A stretch of 64,000 nt of DNA. Source: Escherichia phage EP75. The notes beneath the pieces were generated by a model that was not told the DNA's origin, did no database searches, and saw only the letters and a list, made by a program, of their open reading frames with translations. This document shows, one piece after another, positions 1 through 9,774 of the stretch. The DNA is taken from sequence record MG748547. One strand, 5' to 3'. The position numbers and the translations under genes were made by a program. Numbering within the stretch: position 1 is the first letter of the stretch; the number at the start of each line of letters is the position of its first letter.

Positions 1-1111
1 TCATAATGCGATCAAACACGCCGTCAACATCTATGGTGATGAGAAACGTAAAGATGAGATGAACACGATTCCAACTCTCCTACAAGAGGCGTTGGCGATA
101 AGTTTTGATTCTTATCTTGGCCATATCTATTGGGAAATGGCTGAACAACAATACGACCACATGAACTCTAATGAAGCGAAGATTCCTTTCGCTGTAGAGA
201 TATTCAACAAAGCGACTCGTGGTGGTGTTGGTAAGAAAACGCTGAACATCGTGACGGGTGCAATTAATGCGGGTAAGACAACAACTCTGATTGATTTGGC
301 TGCTGGTTACTCCGAGCAAGGGTTGAACGTATTCGTATTCACCCTAGAAGTGGCTGAGAACGTCTGGCGTCACCGCCTTGATGCCCGTATGATGCGCAGG
401 GACTTCGAGTCCTTAGAGAAGCTCTCACGACATGAATATGTCGCTACGATACAAAAGTTGCGAACTCGTCAAGACGGTTCCATGAAGGGTGATATTGTTA
501 TCAAGGAATATCCTTCAGGCGCTGGGCATACAGGACTGTATCGCCGCGATATTCTTGATTACGCGACATCAACGGGAATTACGCCGGACGTCATTATTAT
601 AGACTACTTGGGTGAATCAGCGTCTTCTCGTCTTCCTGCTCATTTAATGCAGAACACCAACGTGTATTATACTTCGGTGGCGCGTGAATTCCGTGCGCTT
701 GGATTTGAATTTGATTGCCCTGTATGGACGGGTATGCAATTTAACCGTGAAAAACAATCGGCGACTGATGGTGATATTAGCGACCTGGCAGATGCTATCG
801 GTATTCCGAAGGTTGCAGACTTCATCATGGCGTTCTATGCTCCTGATGAACTGGCGGCTGTTAAGAAAGCCAGAGCATCAATCTTGAAAAATCGTTATGC
901 CAACAAGCAGAAACTCAAATCATTCTTGTTTGGTATGGACCAAGATAAACAGATCTTGTTCGACTTGGACTGGAATGAAGTCAAACGAGACCTGACTGAT
1001 GAAGAAGCCCGTTATGTTGAGAATGTTCATATCAAACATGACTTAAACAAAACAGGCGACTCGAATGATGTCAAGAAAGCCGAGACCGTGAATAATTGGA
1101 ATTTCGGTTAA
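1..1111 (+). CDS. replicative DNA helicase, DnaB family (T4 gp41-like), 5' partial
   Basis: Frame open from nt 2 with no stop, so start is upstream of window; Walker A 'GAINAGKTT'; collinear with C-terminal two-thirds of T4 gp41 as recalled. Confidence 0.85.
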   Translation, partial: HNAIKHAVNIYGDEKRKDEMNTIPTLLQEALAISFDSYLGHIYWEMAEQQYDHMNSNEAKIPFAVEIFNKATRGGVGKKTLNIVTGAINAGKTTTLIDLAAGYSEQGLNVFVFTLEVAENVWRHRLDARMMRRDFESLEKLSRHEYVATIQKLRTRQDGSMKGDIVIKEYPSGAGHTGLYRRDILDYATSTGITPDVIIIDYLGESASSRLPAHLMQNTNVYYTSVAREFRALGFEFDCPVWTGMQFNREKQSATDGDISDLADAIGIPKVADFIMAFYAPDELAAVKKARASILKNRYANKQKLKSFLFGMDQDKQILFDLDWNEVKRDLTDEEARYVENVHIKHDLNKTGDSNDVKKAETVNNWNFG

Positions 1112-1112
1112 C

Positions 1113-1140
1113 TTCAATAATGGTGATCATAGGGTATAAT
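1113..1140 (+). promoter_or_regulatory. sigma70-like promoter candidate (TTCAAT-N16-TATAAT)
   Basis: TTCAAT at 1113-1118, TATAAT at 1135-1140, 35 nt upstream of the 1175 ORF. Confidence 0.4.
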
Positions 1141-1174
1141 CTCTATGATCTGAATATTAACCCAGGAGCACATC

Positions 1175-1507
1175 ATGTCGGATGTTGCATTTATAGCTGA
1201 CCTGATTCGGGCGGCACAACAGGTGTGCCAGTCTGGAGAAACCAGTCTCAAACTCACTACAGAGCAGACTCTAGAATTTTATAAGAATCGTCGGCATTGG
1301 GGTAAGAATGTCAAGATACATTGCGAACCAGGTGAATTGGTTCAGCTTGATCTTCCGTCTTTTCCATTGCCAGTACAGACCAACACTCAGGAATATTACA
1401 ATGTTGAAGGCGTTGATATTATTCCTAAGTTTGGTTTTCACAGTATCGTTTATTTCTTCCTGCGCCGTTTGGGAACTAGTATCGGTCCACTCGGTTCTCG
1501 TCATTAA
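1175..1507 (+). CDS. hypothetical protein (110 aa)
   Basis: ORF with AGGAG ribosome-binding site 7 nt upstream; no recognisable motif. Confidence 0.5.
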   Translation: MSDVAFIADLIRAAQQVCQSGETSLKLTTEQTLEFYKNRRHWGKNVKIHCEPGELVQLDLPSFPLPVQTNTQEYYNVEGVDIIPKFGFHSIVYFFLRRLGTSIGPLGSRH

Positions 1508-1519
1508 TGAGGATATATT

Positions 1520-1822
1520 ATGTCAGTTGAACAAATTGGTTTTTATCAACTCCCTTCTGATCCAAAACTGCGTCAAAAGATGATGCAGACTTTAGAAAAT
1601 TGTCGTGCCGCCCAGATCCGTATCAAGTCTGAACAGACCTTTGTTACCGAAGCCCTGGCTGAATTGGCAAAAGAAACAGGCATCAAAGCCGTTGATCTGC
1701 GCAAAGTCGTTACCGATCGCGCTGGTGGAACTTATACCAAGACCATCGAGACCAGCGCCAAATACCAAGATCTTTATGAGTCGCTGTATCCTAACGCCGC
1801 GCCTGATCGCACGGATGAATAA
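1520..1822 (+). CDS. hypothetical protein (100 aa)
   Basis: ORF with GAGGA upstream, tightly follows previous gene. Confidence 0.5.
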   Translation: MSVEQIGFYQLPSDPKLRQKMMQTLENCRAAQIRIKSEQTFVTEALAELAKETGIKAVDLRKVVTDRAGGTYTKTIETSAKYQDLYESLYPNAAPDRTDE

Positions 1823-1830
1823 TATCGGTT

Positions 1831-1854
1831 AAAGCCCAACATTTGTTGGGCTTT
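1831..1854 (+). terminator. stem-loop, candidate intrinsic terminator
   Basis: AGCCCAAC-loop-GTTGGGCT hairpin directly after the 1822 stop. Confidence 0.5.
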
Positions 1855-1882
1855 ACTTCAATAAAACTTTACTTCAATAAAA
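1851..1882 (+). repeat. perfect 16-bp tandem duplication (CTTTACTTCAATAAAA x2)
   Basis: Identical copies at 1851-1866 and 1867-1882; contain the recurrent intergenic TTCAATAA motif. Confidence 0.8.
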
Positions 1883-1939
1883 CTTGCGGCTATCATTTAA
1901 CCTACATTGAAAAGTTTCACTACATCATGAGAGGCAAAA

Positions 1940-3133
1940 ATGAAAGCCAAGACCTTCAGCATCCCAATTGATAACATTGGTCGTGTCAAGGAACGTCTTG
2001 CCAAACTTGAAAGAACGGCAAACCGCCTGAAACTCGAGTTCCCTCTTGTTGAGTTCAGTGAACCATACAAAACACAACACCGCTATTCTATCACTGGCGA
2101 AAAATTTTATCGTTGGTGGCAAGATTGTACTCTAACTGGTGAAGGCATCGACCGCCCCGTTTCTTATGGTGGGTGGAGTATCATTGGACAATTCAACCAC
2201 CAGTATCCAAAAGTCATTCTGAATAAACTGTCAGATGACATCCACCAAAATTTCGTTCAAAGATTTGAAGCTGAAAACGTATCTTGGTGCGAGCATTGCA
2301 ACAAATCTGTGCGTCGTCATAACACATATGTCGTTCGTAACGAACAATCTGGCGCACAGATGCTCGTGGGTAGCAGCTGTATGCATCATTATGTCCCGCA
2401 TCAGAAATCCCTTGATGCGGTTATGTCTTATTACATGTCTATTCACGAAATGTTTACCCCCGATGAAGATGACCCAGAAGGGATTTATCGGGTTAATGAA
2501 CCAGATTATGTTGACACAGAAGGATATTTGCGTAAATGCTTTCAGGTTTTGCTGTCCGGCCTGAGCATTAAAAGTGATGATTTTGGTCGAGTTCTTGGTC
2601 ATATCTCTAGCGGTACTCGTCCAGAGAAAGGTTCTGACATTGATATATTCTATAACAAGGCTGTTAAAGCCCGTGAAGATGCTCAATCAGAAATGTACCA
2701 TATGATGCTTTTCATCTCATCGTTGTCTGAAAATAACGATTTCAACGTCCGGCTGAAACGTATGTGCGAACCTGGTTATCACCTTGTTAAAGACTCAACA
2801 ACAGTTCGTTGGGGAGCAGCAAAGTATTATGATTATATCCACACCCCCCGCCAAACGCGCACTGTATCAAATTGGGTTGGTGAAGTTGGTGAAATGTTAG
2901 AAGCACAGGTCAAATTTGAAGCAAGGATTTTCCTGTATTCATCTGATTATGGTGACACGTATCTGTATACTTTCAAAACCAAGGAAGGCAATACCATTAC
3001 ATGGAAGACTTCCTATATGGAAACCGAATTCCTGGAAGGTGATATGATCATTCGTGGTCGCGTCAAAGAATTGACCGAATTCAAAGGTGTTAAACAAACT
3101 CAGATCACAAGGGCAAAACTGAGGAAATTATGA
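1940..3133 (+). CDS. hypothetical protein (397 aa) with Cys/His cluster
   Basis: GAGAGG ribosome-binding site; 'CEHCNKSVRRH...SSCMHHY' putative zinc-binding cluster; no Walker A, so not UvsX. Confidence 0.6.
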   Translation: MKAKTFSIPIDNIGRVKERLAKLERTANRLKLEFPLVEFSEPYKTQHRYSITGEKFYRWWQDCTLTGEGIDRPVSYGGWSIIGQFNHQYPKVILNKLSDDIHQNFVQRFEAENVSWCEHCNKSVRRHNTYVVRNEQSGAQMLVGSSCMHHYVPHQKSLDAVMSYYMSIHEMFTPDEDDPEGIYRVNEPDYVDTEGYLRKCFQVLLSGLSIKSDDFGRVLGHISSGTRPEKGSDIDIFYNKAVKAREDAQSEMYHMMLFISSLSENNDFNVRLKRMCEPGYHLVKDSTTVRWGAAKYYDYIHTPRQTRTVSNWVGEVGEMLEAQVKFEARIFLYSSDYGDTYLYTFKTKEGNTITWKTSYMETEFLEGDMIIRGRVKELTEFKGVKQTQITRAKLRKL

Positions 3134-3245
3134 TTATTTTTCAATTTGTTTTGAAAGCATTTGCATTCGGTCTTATCGCATGCGGAGTGATCACAGCTAT
3201 GCTGTTAATCATAGCCCTGATCATCCCCTTTAAGAGGAAACGCTG
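3130..3245 (+). CDS. small hydrophobic protein (38 aa), not in ORF track
   Basis: ATG overlaps upstream stop (ATGA), GAGGAAA ribosome-binding site, stop abuts next start; translation MIIFQFVLKAFAFGLIACGVITAMLLIIALIIPFKRKR. Confidence 0.4.
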
Positions 3246-3455
3246 ATGGAATGTTCATGCGGAGGGCAAGGCACAAGTGCATACTTGCCATTTAACACCG
3301 TCAAGGAAGCCGAAGACGCTGGATATGCCGTGGACAAGGCTCCCTGTGTAATTGCCACCAAGGATTGTCCGTGCTGTAAGAGGCACTCTCAGAACGTTTG
3401 GTATGCCCCAGAAGCAAAGGGTAAAATTAATTTATTGAATATGATGAGGAAGTAA
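3246..3455 (+). CDS. small Cys-rich protein (69 aa)
   Basis: AGAGGAAA ribosome-binding site; CSCGG...CPCC cysteine cluster. Confidence 0.5.
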   Translation: MECSCGGQGTSAYLPFNTVKEAEDAGYAVDKAPCVIATKDCPCCKRHSQNVWYAPEAKGKINLLNMMRK

Positions 3456-3456
3456 T

Positions 3457-3795
3457 ATGACCACACTCGTAGAAACATTATTCCCAGGATGCACCCTTGG
3501 GCGCGGCGGTAGCGAAGCCAACGGGCTGGCAATTGACGCCGAACCCCAGAACTGCGTTGTTATCGACAAATTCCATGACAATCACTATCCTTTGAGCCAT
3601 CGCCGTGATCATTATCTGGTTTCTGTTGGCGAAACATTGGTCTCTCTTCGTATTTGTGAAGCAATGCCTGGTTATGGTTACGATGCATTTGCATATATCC
3701 ATAGCGTTTCCAATGGGGAAATGGGGAAAGAATCCCTGACCGAACAATTTAAAGGATGGAAAGAATCTTTCACTTCTGTCAAGGAAAGGAGTTAG
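3457..3795 (+). CDS. hypothetical protein (112 aa)
   Basis: GAGGAAG ribosome-binding site; operon context. Confidence 0.5.
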   Translation: MTTLVETLFPGCTLGRGGSEANGLAIDAEPQNCVVIDKFHDNHYPLSHRRDHYLVSVGETLVSLRICEAMPGYGYDAFAYIHSVSNGEMGKESLTEQFKGWKESFTSVKERS

Positions 3796-3853
3796 AATAA
3801 TTCTATTGAAGTCTCTGGGGTTATAATAGCATGACGAATAACCCTGGAGACAC

Positions 3854-5281
3854 ATGATGCTTCCTCTTTTAGAAATAATTCAAAATCTTCGCGATACCAA
3901 AGGCACCAACGCCAAGAAAGCTGTGCTGACCGAGGCGTTCAGAACCAATCCGGAATTGGTTGATTTCCTTCAATACGTCTACGACCCGATGCGTTCTTAT
4001 TACCGCACTCAATTCAATATAAACGCATTCCCTCGCATGCTCTCGCGCGGCGTTGTTGGTAGCTGGGATCAGGTTTATGACGTTCTTGATATGATGGCCG
4101 AACGCAAGATCGGTGGGATGAAGGCAGATCAAGAACTTGCGAAGGCCGCGACCAACATCCATCCGGATTACCATACCCTGATACAAATTATACTCGACAG
4201 AGACATCAAAGCGGGAATTGCCGAGAAAGGTATAAACGCAGCATTCAACGCAGCAGGTGGTACAGGGCGTCTGATTAATATCCTTCCATATCACCGTTAT
4301 GATAACATGACGATTGACTTGCTGAAGAAGATGGACTTCAAGCGCGGCGTCTTCAGCCAGCTGAAGTCAGATGGCATGTTTGCCAACATCATCTGTCGTT
4401 ATGGAAGAGACCCAGAGATTCGTTCTCGTTCCGGTTCTCTTATTGCGGGTGGTTCCGTTGATAACCTATCATTGGTTTTCAAAGACCTGATCTACGATGC
4501 GGGGATTGGTGAAAGCGTCTTCCATGGTGAACTGCTCGTCATTGATCTGAAAACGAATACAGTGTTGCCTCGGGCTATCGGCAATGGTAAGCTCAACAGT
4601 GTTATCCAAACGGGTGAACCCCTGGAAGATCGTTACAAGGTGATCTATCGGGTATGGGACGTTGTGCCGTATGATAATTGGTTCAATGCTCAGCGTGTGG
4701 ACACCCCATATGAGCGCCGTTTTGATATCATACAACAGTTGTTCGAAGGGGATGACGGACTGGTTCAGGTTCAAGAAACCCGTGTTGTTCATTCATTTGA
4801 AGAAGCTGTCGAACACTTCAAAGACGCTTTGGCTCGTCGGGAAGAAGGCACGATTTGTAAGGCCGCAGATATGCCTTGGGAAGATGGAACATCATCTGAA
4901 GGGTTAAAGCTAAAAATGGAAGTAGAATGTGACCTTGAAATCGTTGGCTTCAACGAGGCCGATAAGAAAGGGAAGCACGCCAAGACATTTGGATCTCTCC
5001 TCTGCAAGACCTCTGATAGCCTCTTAGTTGTTGGCGTATCGGGGATCTCAGATGAGTTGAGACTACGAATGTGGGAAAACCAAGAGGACTTCATTGGTAA
5101 GATTGCCGCCGTGCTCTCTAATGGCGTACAGGATAAAACCGATGACGCCATGAAGTCTCTATTCCTTCCACGTCTCGTTGAAGTACGCACAGACAAGAAA
5201 GTCGCTAATACACTGGCTGAAGTCTATGCTATCCAGAAAGCATATATCGAAAATATTTTGGTGTTGTTGGAAGCGGCATGA
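3854..5281 (+). CDS. ATP-dependent DNA ligase (T4 gp30-like)
   Basis: 475 aa; 'KSDGMF' resembles the KxDG adenylation motif; GGAGA ribosome-binding site. Confidence 0.8.
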   Translation: MMLPLLEIIQNLRDTKGTNAKKAVLTEAFRTNPELVDFLQYVYDPMRSYYRTQFNINAFPRMLSRGVVGSWDQVYDVLDMMAERKIGGMKADQELAKAATNIHPDYHTLIQIILDRDIKAGIAEKGINAAFNAAGGTGRLINILPYHRYDNMTIDLLKKMDFKRGVFSQLKSDGMFANIICRYGRDPEIRSRSGSLIAGGSVDNLSLVFKDLIYDAGIGESVFHGELLVIDLKTNTVLPRAIGNGKLNSVIQTGEPLEDRYKVIYRVWDVVPYDNWFNAQRVDTPYERRFDIIQQLFEGDDGLVQVQETRVVHSFEEAVEHFKDALARREEGTICKAADMPWEDGTSSEGLKLKMEVECDLEIVGFNEADKKGKHAKTFGSLLCKTSDSLLVVGVSGISDELRLRMWENQEDFIGKIAAVLSNGVQDKTDDAMKSLFLPRLVEVRTDKKVANTLAEVYAIQKAYIENILVLLEAA

Positions 5282-5286
5282 AAATT

Positions 5287-5304
5287 GGGGTTCTTCGGAA
5301 CCCC
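5287..5304 (+). terminator. stem-loop after ligase gene
   Basis: GGGGTTC-TTCG-GAACCCC hairpin directly after ligase stop; weak T-tract. Confidence 0.45.
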
Positions 5305-5358
5305 ATTCAATAAAGACAGTAGCAGTATAATTCCAAGAAATCATTACCAGGTGTTATT

Positions 5359-5622
5359 ATGAAACTTATTGATAAGAAACCAAGGAAAGACAATGATTCT
5401 CTTCACCTCATAAACATTATGAGGGAATTGGGAGTTTCTGAATTACAGATGATGAAGATGATGAATTGTTCTGACGTTGTCTATAATTGGACAAACGGTT
5501 ATCGTCTTATCCCAAAATCATTCCGTCGTTTTATTTTGGCATTGGTGTTTATTCATCGCCAAGGAAAAACAGAAGAGTTTCAACGTTTCGTTAAATCAGA
5601 GGAGAGATCACGTGGTTGGTAA
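5359..5622 (+). CDS. small protein, possible helix-turn-helix regulator (87 aa)
   Basis: 'LINIMRELGVSELQMMKMM' helix-turn-helix-like segment; by-eye call only. Confidence 0.4.
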   Translation: MKLIDKKPRKDNDSLHLINIMRELGVSELQMMKMMNCSDVVYNWTNGYRLIPKSFRRFILALVFIHRQGKTEEFQRFVKSEERSRGW

Positions 5623-5771
5623 AAATCCGCCGACATATGCCAAAATCGGGATCGCTTTCCGGAACGCCATGCTTTTCATTAAAGAGAAAGGCTTGGTGGC
5701 GGAGTTCAATCAGTTCTGTTCCGAACGCCGCAGATTACAGAAACAGAAACAGAAAAGCAGGGAGAAACGCC

Positions 5772-6434
5772 ATGATAACTGAGTGGGAGAAAATGCAATA
5801 TGAAAGGGCATTCAACGTTTATTGCATCTATATGGCGATCAAATTGCATTTCACCACAAAAGACTTTGATTATGGCCTGTATGGGCCGATGAACAATTAC
5901 AAGTTTGAAACGTTCTATTCTAAACAGGGCGTGGCCAAACAATTTGCTAAACTTGCTCGTCGGTTCGAATCTTCCCAAGGTGAAGTGGTGGAAAATTATA
6001 TTATTGCCAACTTTGTTAAATCACCAAAGACGTGGGTGACAACATTACTTACAAGACAGGCCCAAGAAAATTATAATGAATATCGCCGCCTGTATGACAA
6101 CTTCTCATATAATTTTCTTGAACATTTTGAGAGATATATGATCCCTGAGATAAAAGAAAGAGGCGTGAATTTTATCCAATATATCAAAGGAAATGGTAAT
6201 GGGCATCCACCTTTACTGACAGATATTATTGTTAAACGCTATCCAATTTGGTTTCTCGTTGGATTGAATAAAGTAGTGGGGTTCATCCATTTATATGATA
6301 CAATACTCAAGGATGACATCTATTGGAACTCTGAGTCTTTTTTATTAAAGAAAACCAATTCAGTTGTTCCTGATGAAAACACAGAATACACAAAAGGAAA
6401 ACTCCGTGAGCTAATCCTTGCCCACGGAATTTGA
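5772..6434 (+). CDS. helicase loader (T4 gp59-like), putative
   Basis: Internal ATG at 5772 with GGGAGAAA ribosome-binding site; about 220 aa; N-terminal pattern resembles gp59 as recalled; upstream part of the track ORF is likely non-coding. Confidence 0.5.
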   Translation: MITEWEKMQYERAFNVYCIYMAIKLHFTTKDFDYGLYGPMNNYKFETFYSKQGVAKQFAKLARRFESSQGEVVENYIIANFVKSPKTWVTTLLTRQAQENYNEYRRLYDNFSYNFLEHFERYMIPEIKERGVNFIQYIKGNGNGHPPLLTDIIVKRYPIWFLVGLNKVVGFIHLYDTILKDDIYWNSESFLLKKTNSVVPDENTEYTKGKLRELILAHGI

Positions 6435-8375
6435 TTACCAATCCCAGAGAATGCGCCCTGTATCAGTACGGTTGGACGGCTCCAGTTGTGAACTGTTGAA
6501 GTTGTTCGTCGTACTGACTTTCTTCGAGTTGTCCACATTTTGTTGTACAGGCATTACCACACTGGCTGGCGGGTTAGCATAGGCGGATTTAACTTCTTCG
6601 ATGTTATTGGCTGCTCTTCCTTGAACCGGATAAGCCCCGCCCAGAGTACCTCCCCCGATCCCAGCATATGCATCTTTCAATTGAGAAGTGCGATCTGTTA
6701 CGTTCACAGCATCCGAAGAAACCCCAGAAGGCATTGGAGTCAGCGTGCTGATATCTGCATTAGGTTGTGCTGGCGATTGACTGTTCGGTGGTACAGAGGC
6801 ATTCTCAGGAGCCTTATCGTCTTGGCTTATCAGCATAGACTGTCTTGCTTCCACCATCTTATTCCTGGCTGCTTCACCACCCAACGCATCGGGGATAATG
6901 CTGACAAACTTATCTACGATATCAAACATCGCATTGGTGATAGCATTCAACATGTTGAAGAAAGGTTTCTTCACATTTTCAGCAAATCCTTTCTTCATGT
7001 CTTCAACGACTTTGTTTGCAGCCGCCATGCCGTCATCTATCAGGCCAGTTATTCCACCCGTTACCCAATCAACCAATTTTATCAATTGGCCTTGCAAGTT
7101 ATCTGCAAGTTTACCAGGTATTTCGGTCAGTGATGTACTCTTCCCGATACCCGCAAACAAATCGTTGGTGACCCAATCAACAATCGAGTTCAACCAACGC
7201 ACGGGCGCTTCGGTCATTTTCAGCACTTGTTCACGGAACGCCTTTCCAAACCCAGCATTGTTCCATCCGAATATTTCAGCAACCCAATCGGCGAGATCCC
7301 CGAAACTACCGACCAGCTCTGTTATCCCTGCCTGAACCCGATCAACGATCGATACTTGCGCTTTACCAAGGATTTCTTTAGCATTAAAGAACCCTTTACC
7401 GAATTCAAATACAGATGTTATCAGAGCCAAAGGTCCGACTCGAAGCATCTTGGTTGCTGCTTTCAGAGGCGCAAGCAACCCGCCGATCCCAGCACCAAAC
7501 CCCATGAATAATTTAATGAAGCCACCAACAAGTTTTAATGGGGACATCAGGAGTTTTAACGCGCCCAGTCCAAGGAGTGCCCCCAGCGCCGCGCCTAACC
7601 CAGAAGATTGACCATCTTGTTTAGGCTCAGACGGAGGGATAGAACCAGCCTCTGGGTTGTTCTTGTTTTCCTTACCTTCTTCGCCACGACGGAATTTCTC
7701 TTCTTCTCTATATTTTTGATCACTTTCATAGATACGTGTCAGAGTATCATTAAGATCTTCGTTCATGTATCCCAATTTGTCATCAATGCTGTCGAGGCGG
7801 GTAACAGTTTCGTTACTGGCATCTTTATTGAAATCCAGCGTGTCCTTATGTGTTTGAAGCATTATGTCAGTCAGGTTTACGATCTCCCCTCCGACCAACG
7901 CCAGCTTATCCTTTAATCCATCAAGGCGTTCAAGACTATCTTCGTTGGCCGCACCCAATTGATCTGATATCATGTCAAGATATTCAACTGACATGTCGTC
8001 AACCGGACCATTCGCCGCTTCACCAAATTTTTCGATCTTGGTGGCGATACGCATCAGTTCTTCATTGCCATCCTTTGTTAGACTGACGGTGTCTTTCATC
8101 CAAGTGCTGTAATCCCTTGTGAAAATAGGACTGACGCGGACAAACCCACCAACAATATCATTCACCGATGGGAATTTAATTGGCGGGACTTTCTGCTCCT
8201 GATTAGACGCCTGGCGTGTCTTCAGAGATTGCAGTTGTTTGTTGACATCGGCGAGCTGTTTATTCGTCTCGGATTGGGCGCGCAATTGCTTGCGCTCCAT
8301 CATTTCTTTTTTGATTTTATCCAAAACCTTGACGATGTCTTGCTGCCCTGGTGTCGGTTGATTGTTATCTGCCAT
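6435..8375 (-). CDS. tail tape-measure / baseplate hub protein (gp29-like), putative
   Basis: 646 aa; N-terminal coiled coil, Gly-rich hydrophobic blocks, repeated W/F-containing motifs typical of tape-measure proteins. Confidence 0.5.
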   Translation of the reverse strand: MADNNQPTPGQQDIVKVLDKIKKEMMERKQLRAQSETNKQLADVNKQLQSLKTRQASNQEQKVPPIKFPSVNDIVGGFVRVSPIFTRDYSTWMKDTVSLTKDGNEELMRIATKIEKFGEAANGPVDDMSVEYLDMISDQLGAANEDSLERLDGLKDKLALVGGEIVNLTDIMLQTHKDTLDFNKDASNETVTRLDSIDDKLGYMNEDLNDTLTRIYESDQKYREEEKFRRGEEGKENKNNPEAGSIPPSEPKQDGQSSGLGAALGALLGLGALKLLMSPLKLVGGFIKLFMGFGAGIGGLLAPLKAATKMLRVGPLALITSVFEFGKGFFNAKEILGKAQVSIVDRVQAGITELVGSFGDLADWVAEIFGWNNAGFGKAFREQVLKMTEAPVRWLNSIVDWVTNDLFAGIGKSTSLTEIPGKLADNLQGQLIKLVDWVTGGITGLIDDGMAAANKVVEDMKKGFAENVKKPFFNMLNAITNAMFDIVDKFVSIIPDALGGEAARNKMVEARQSMLISQDDKAPENASVPPNSQSPAQPNADISTLTPMPSGVSSDAVNVTDRTSQLKDAYAGIGGGTLGGAYPVQGRAANNIEEVKSAYANPPASVVMPVQQNVDNSKKVSTTNNFNSSQLEPSNRTDTGRILWDW

Positions 8376-8385
8376 TTGTCACCTC

Positions 8386-9774
8386 TCAGACCTTCTGGGC
8401 TTGTCCTTTCTCTATTGGCGTCGGAGTTGGTGTAGAAGCCACAGTTTGACCAGTCTGAGGCGGTAAGACCTTCTGGATCATACTATCTTTGGCAATCTCG
8501 GCGACGCATTGATAATCATTTGTCAGGCGTGAAATCTTATGGCGTATCTTTGTGACGATATAATGGCCTGATGATAACTTACTTAACTCGGCAATGTTTT
8601 CATTAGATTTAGGGCGGTTCGACAAATCTTCAATATAATAAACCTGCCCAACATTCAGACGGTTATCCCCCACGACCAGCAAACGCATAACCGTTGACGC
8701 GAGGCTGAATTCTATAACGCGTCGTGCGTAATCTATTTGTTCGGCACCATCCGGTTGCGCTTCAATGTACCTAACGTTCTCGCGGTCGAATTGATCAGAG
8801 AACAAAGGGAAAGGATCAAGGTGAGCAGTGCTGTCGAACCATTCTGAATAAATGCGTTGGGTCGCTGTCGTGGATTTTGTACTAAAGTCATACACGCGCT
8901 CGTTCACTGCCAAGATATCCCGATAATTCGCCATGTACTGATCACGCGCCAGTTTCTTTTCAGCCTTGATGATAGTCCGCATGAAACGTTCTGAGTTGAA
9001 ATTGTTATCCTGCATCAACGGCGCATCTTGAGGGTCTCGGAAGAATTTCTTTTCAATAGAAGCCTCTTGCTTCTCTTCAGCAGTCATAGACTGGTTGCCC
9101 TGGTTGAACAATGTTGTCATGCTTTTGAAGTGATAACCCGTAAAGTCTTCATAGAAAACGAATGGCATGAATAATTCGTCATATGCACGGCTGGCCATAT
9201 AATCTATGGAGCGGAGTACAGGCCAAAGAGGGGTGGCGAACCTTTCTTGTATCCCATATGAAGGATCTATGTCTTCAAATTTGGTGCGTGAATTCAGTTG
9301 CTCAAAGATCTTAGCTGCCATCTCAGAATAAGAACCGCTTAATCCAAGAGATTTACGCAACATGCTATCTCGATACGCGTCTGTTGTCACCAAGTGTAAC
9401 CAGAATGCCTTTTTCGAAGAAGAGTTCGATTCATCAGCAACTCTCCCTACCCGACTGACTCGCAATGAAAGCGTAGTGTAGTCGGAAGCCGCAGGTGATT
9501 TGAACGATACCACTACTTCCTCACCTCCGAGGATTGGCATTGTATCCAATATATCCCAGCCTTCTTTGATCAGAATATTAGCTGTCAGCGACGGTGAAGC
9601 ATTCCCTTCCAGACCAAGATCCTGATATACGTTGAATTCTTGAAACAACGATGAAAGGTCATAAGGCTTGGGAGTACCGCCTTCAGGCGTGTGCGGTAAT
9701 ATCGCCATATATTTCAAATCAAATGTTGTGGACGGAGTTAAAATTCCGTCCTGGGATTCTTTATTTTCGATCAT
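8386..9774 (-). CDS. baseplate hub protein (gp27 / gpD-like), putative
   Basis: 462 aa, co-oriented and start overlaps upstream stop; weak by-eye resemblance to T4 gp27. Confidence 0.4.
   Translation of the reverse strand: MIENKESQDGILTPSTTFDLKYMAILPHTPEGGTPKPYDLSSLFQEFNVYQDLGLEGNASPSLTANILIKEGWDILDTMPILGGEEVVVSFKSPAASDYTTLSLRVSRVGRVADESNSSSKKAFWLHLVTTDAYRDSMLRKSLGLSGSYSEMAAKIFEQLNSRTKFEDIDPSYGIQERFATPLWPVLRSIDYMASRAYDELFMPFVFYEDFTGYHFKSMTTLFNQGNQSMTAEEKQEASIEKKFFRDPQDAPLMQDNNFNSERFMRTIIKAEKKLARDQYMANYRDILAVNERVYDFSTKSTTATQRIYSEWFDSTAHLDPFPLFSDQFDRENVRYIEAQPDGAEQIDYARRVIEFSLASTVMRLLVVGDNRLNVGQVYYIEDLSNRPKSNENIAELSKLSSGHYIVTKIRHKISRLTNDYQCVAEIAKDSMIQKVLPPQTGQTVASTPTPTPIEKGQAQKV

Noticed and set aside
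1940-3133. Possible UvsX (RecA-like), given its position downstream of the gp41-like gene
   Set aside because: No Walker A/B motifs; contains a Cys/His cluster instead, so left as hypothetical.
3806-3827. TTGAAG ... TATAAT as a sigma70 promoter upstream of the ligase gene
   Set aside because: Spacing between the hexamers is only about 10 nt; the TATAAT alone may still be a -10 element.
6540-7511. Plus-strand ORFs (6540..7133, 6898..7335, 7227..7511) inside the tape-measure-like gene
   Set aside because: Antisense to a long minus-strand ORF with good signals; no ribosome-binding sites; composition mirrors the Gly/Ala-rich sense strand.
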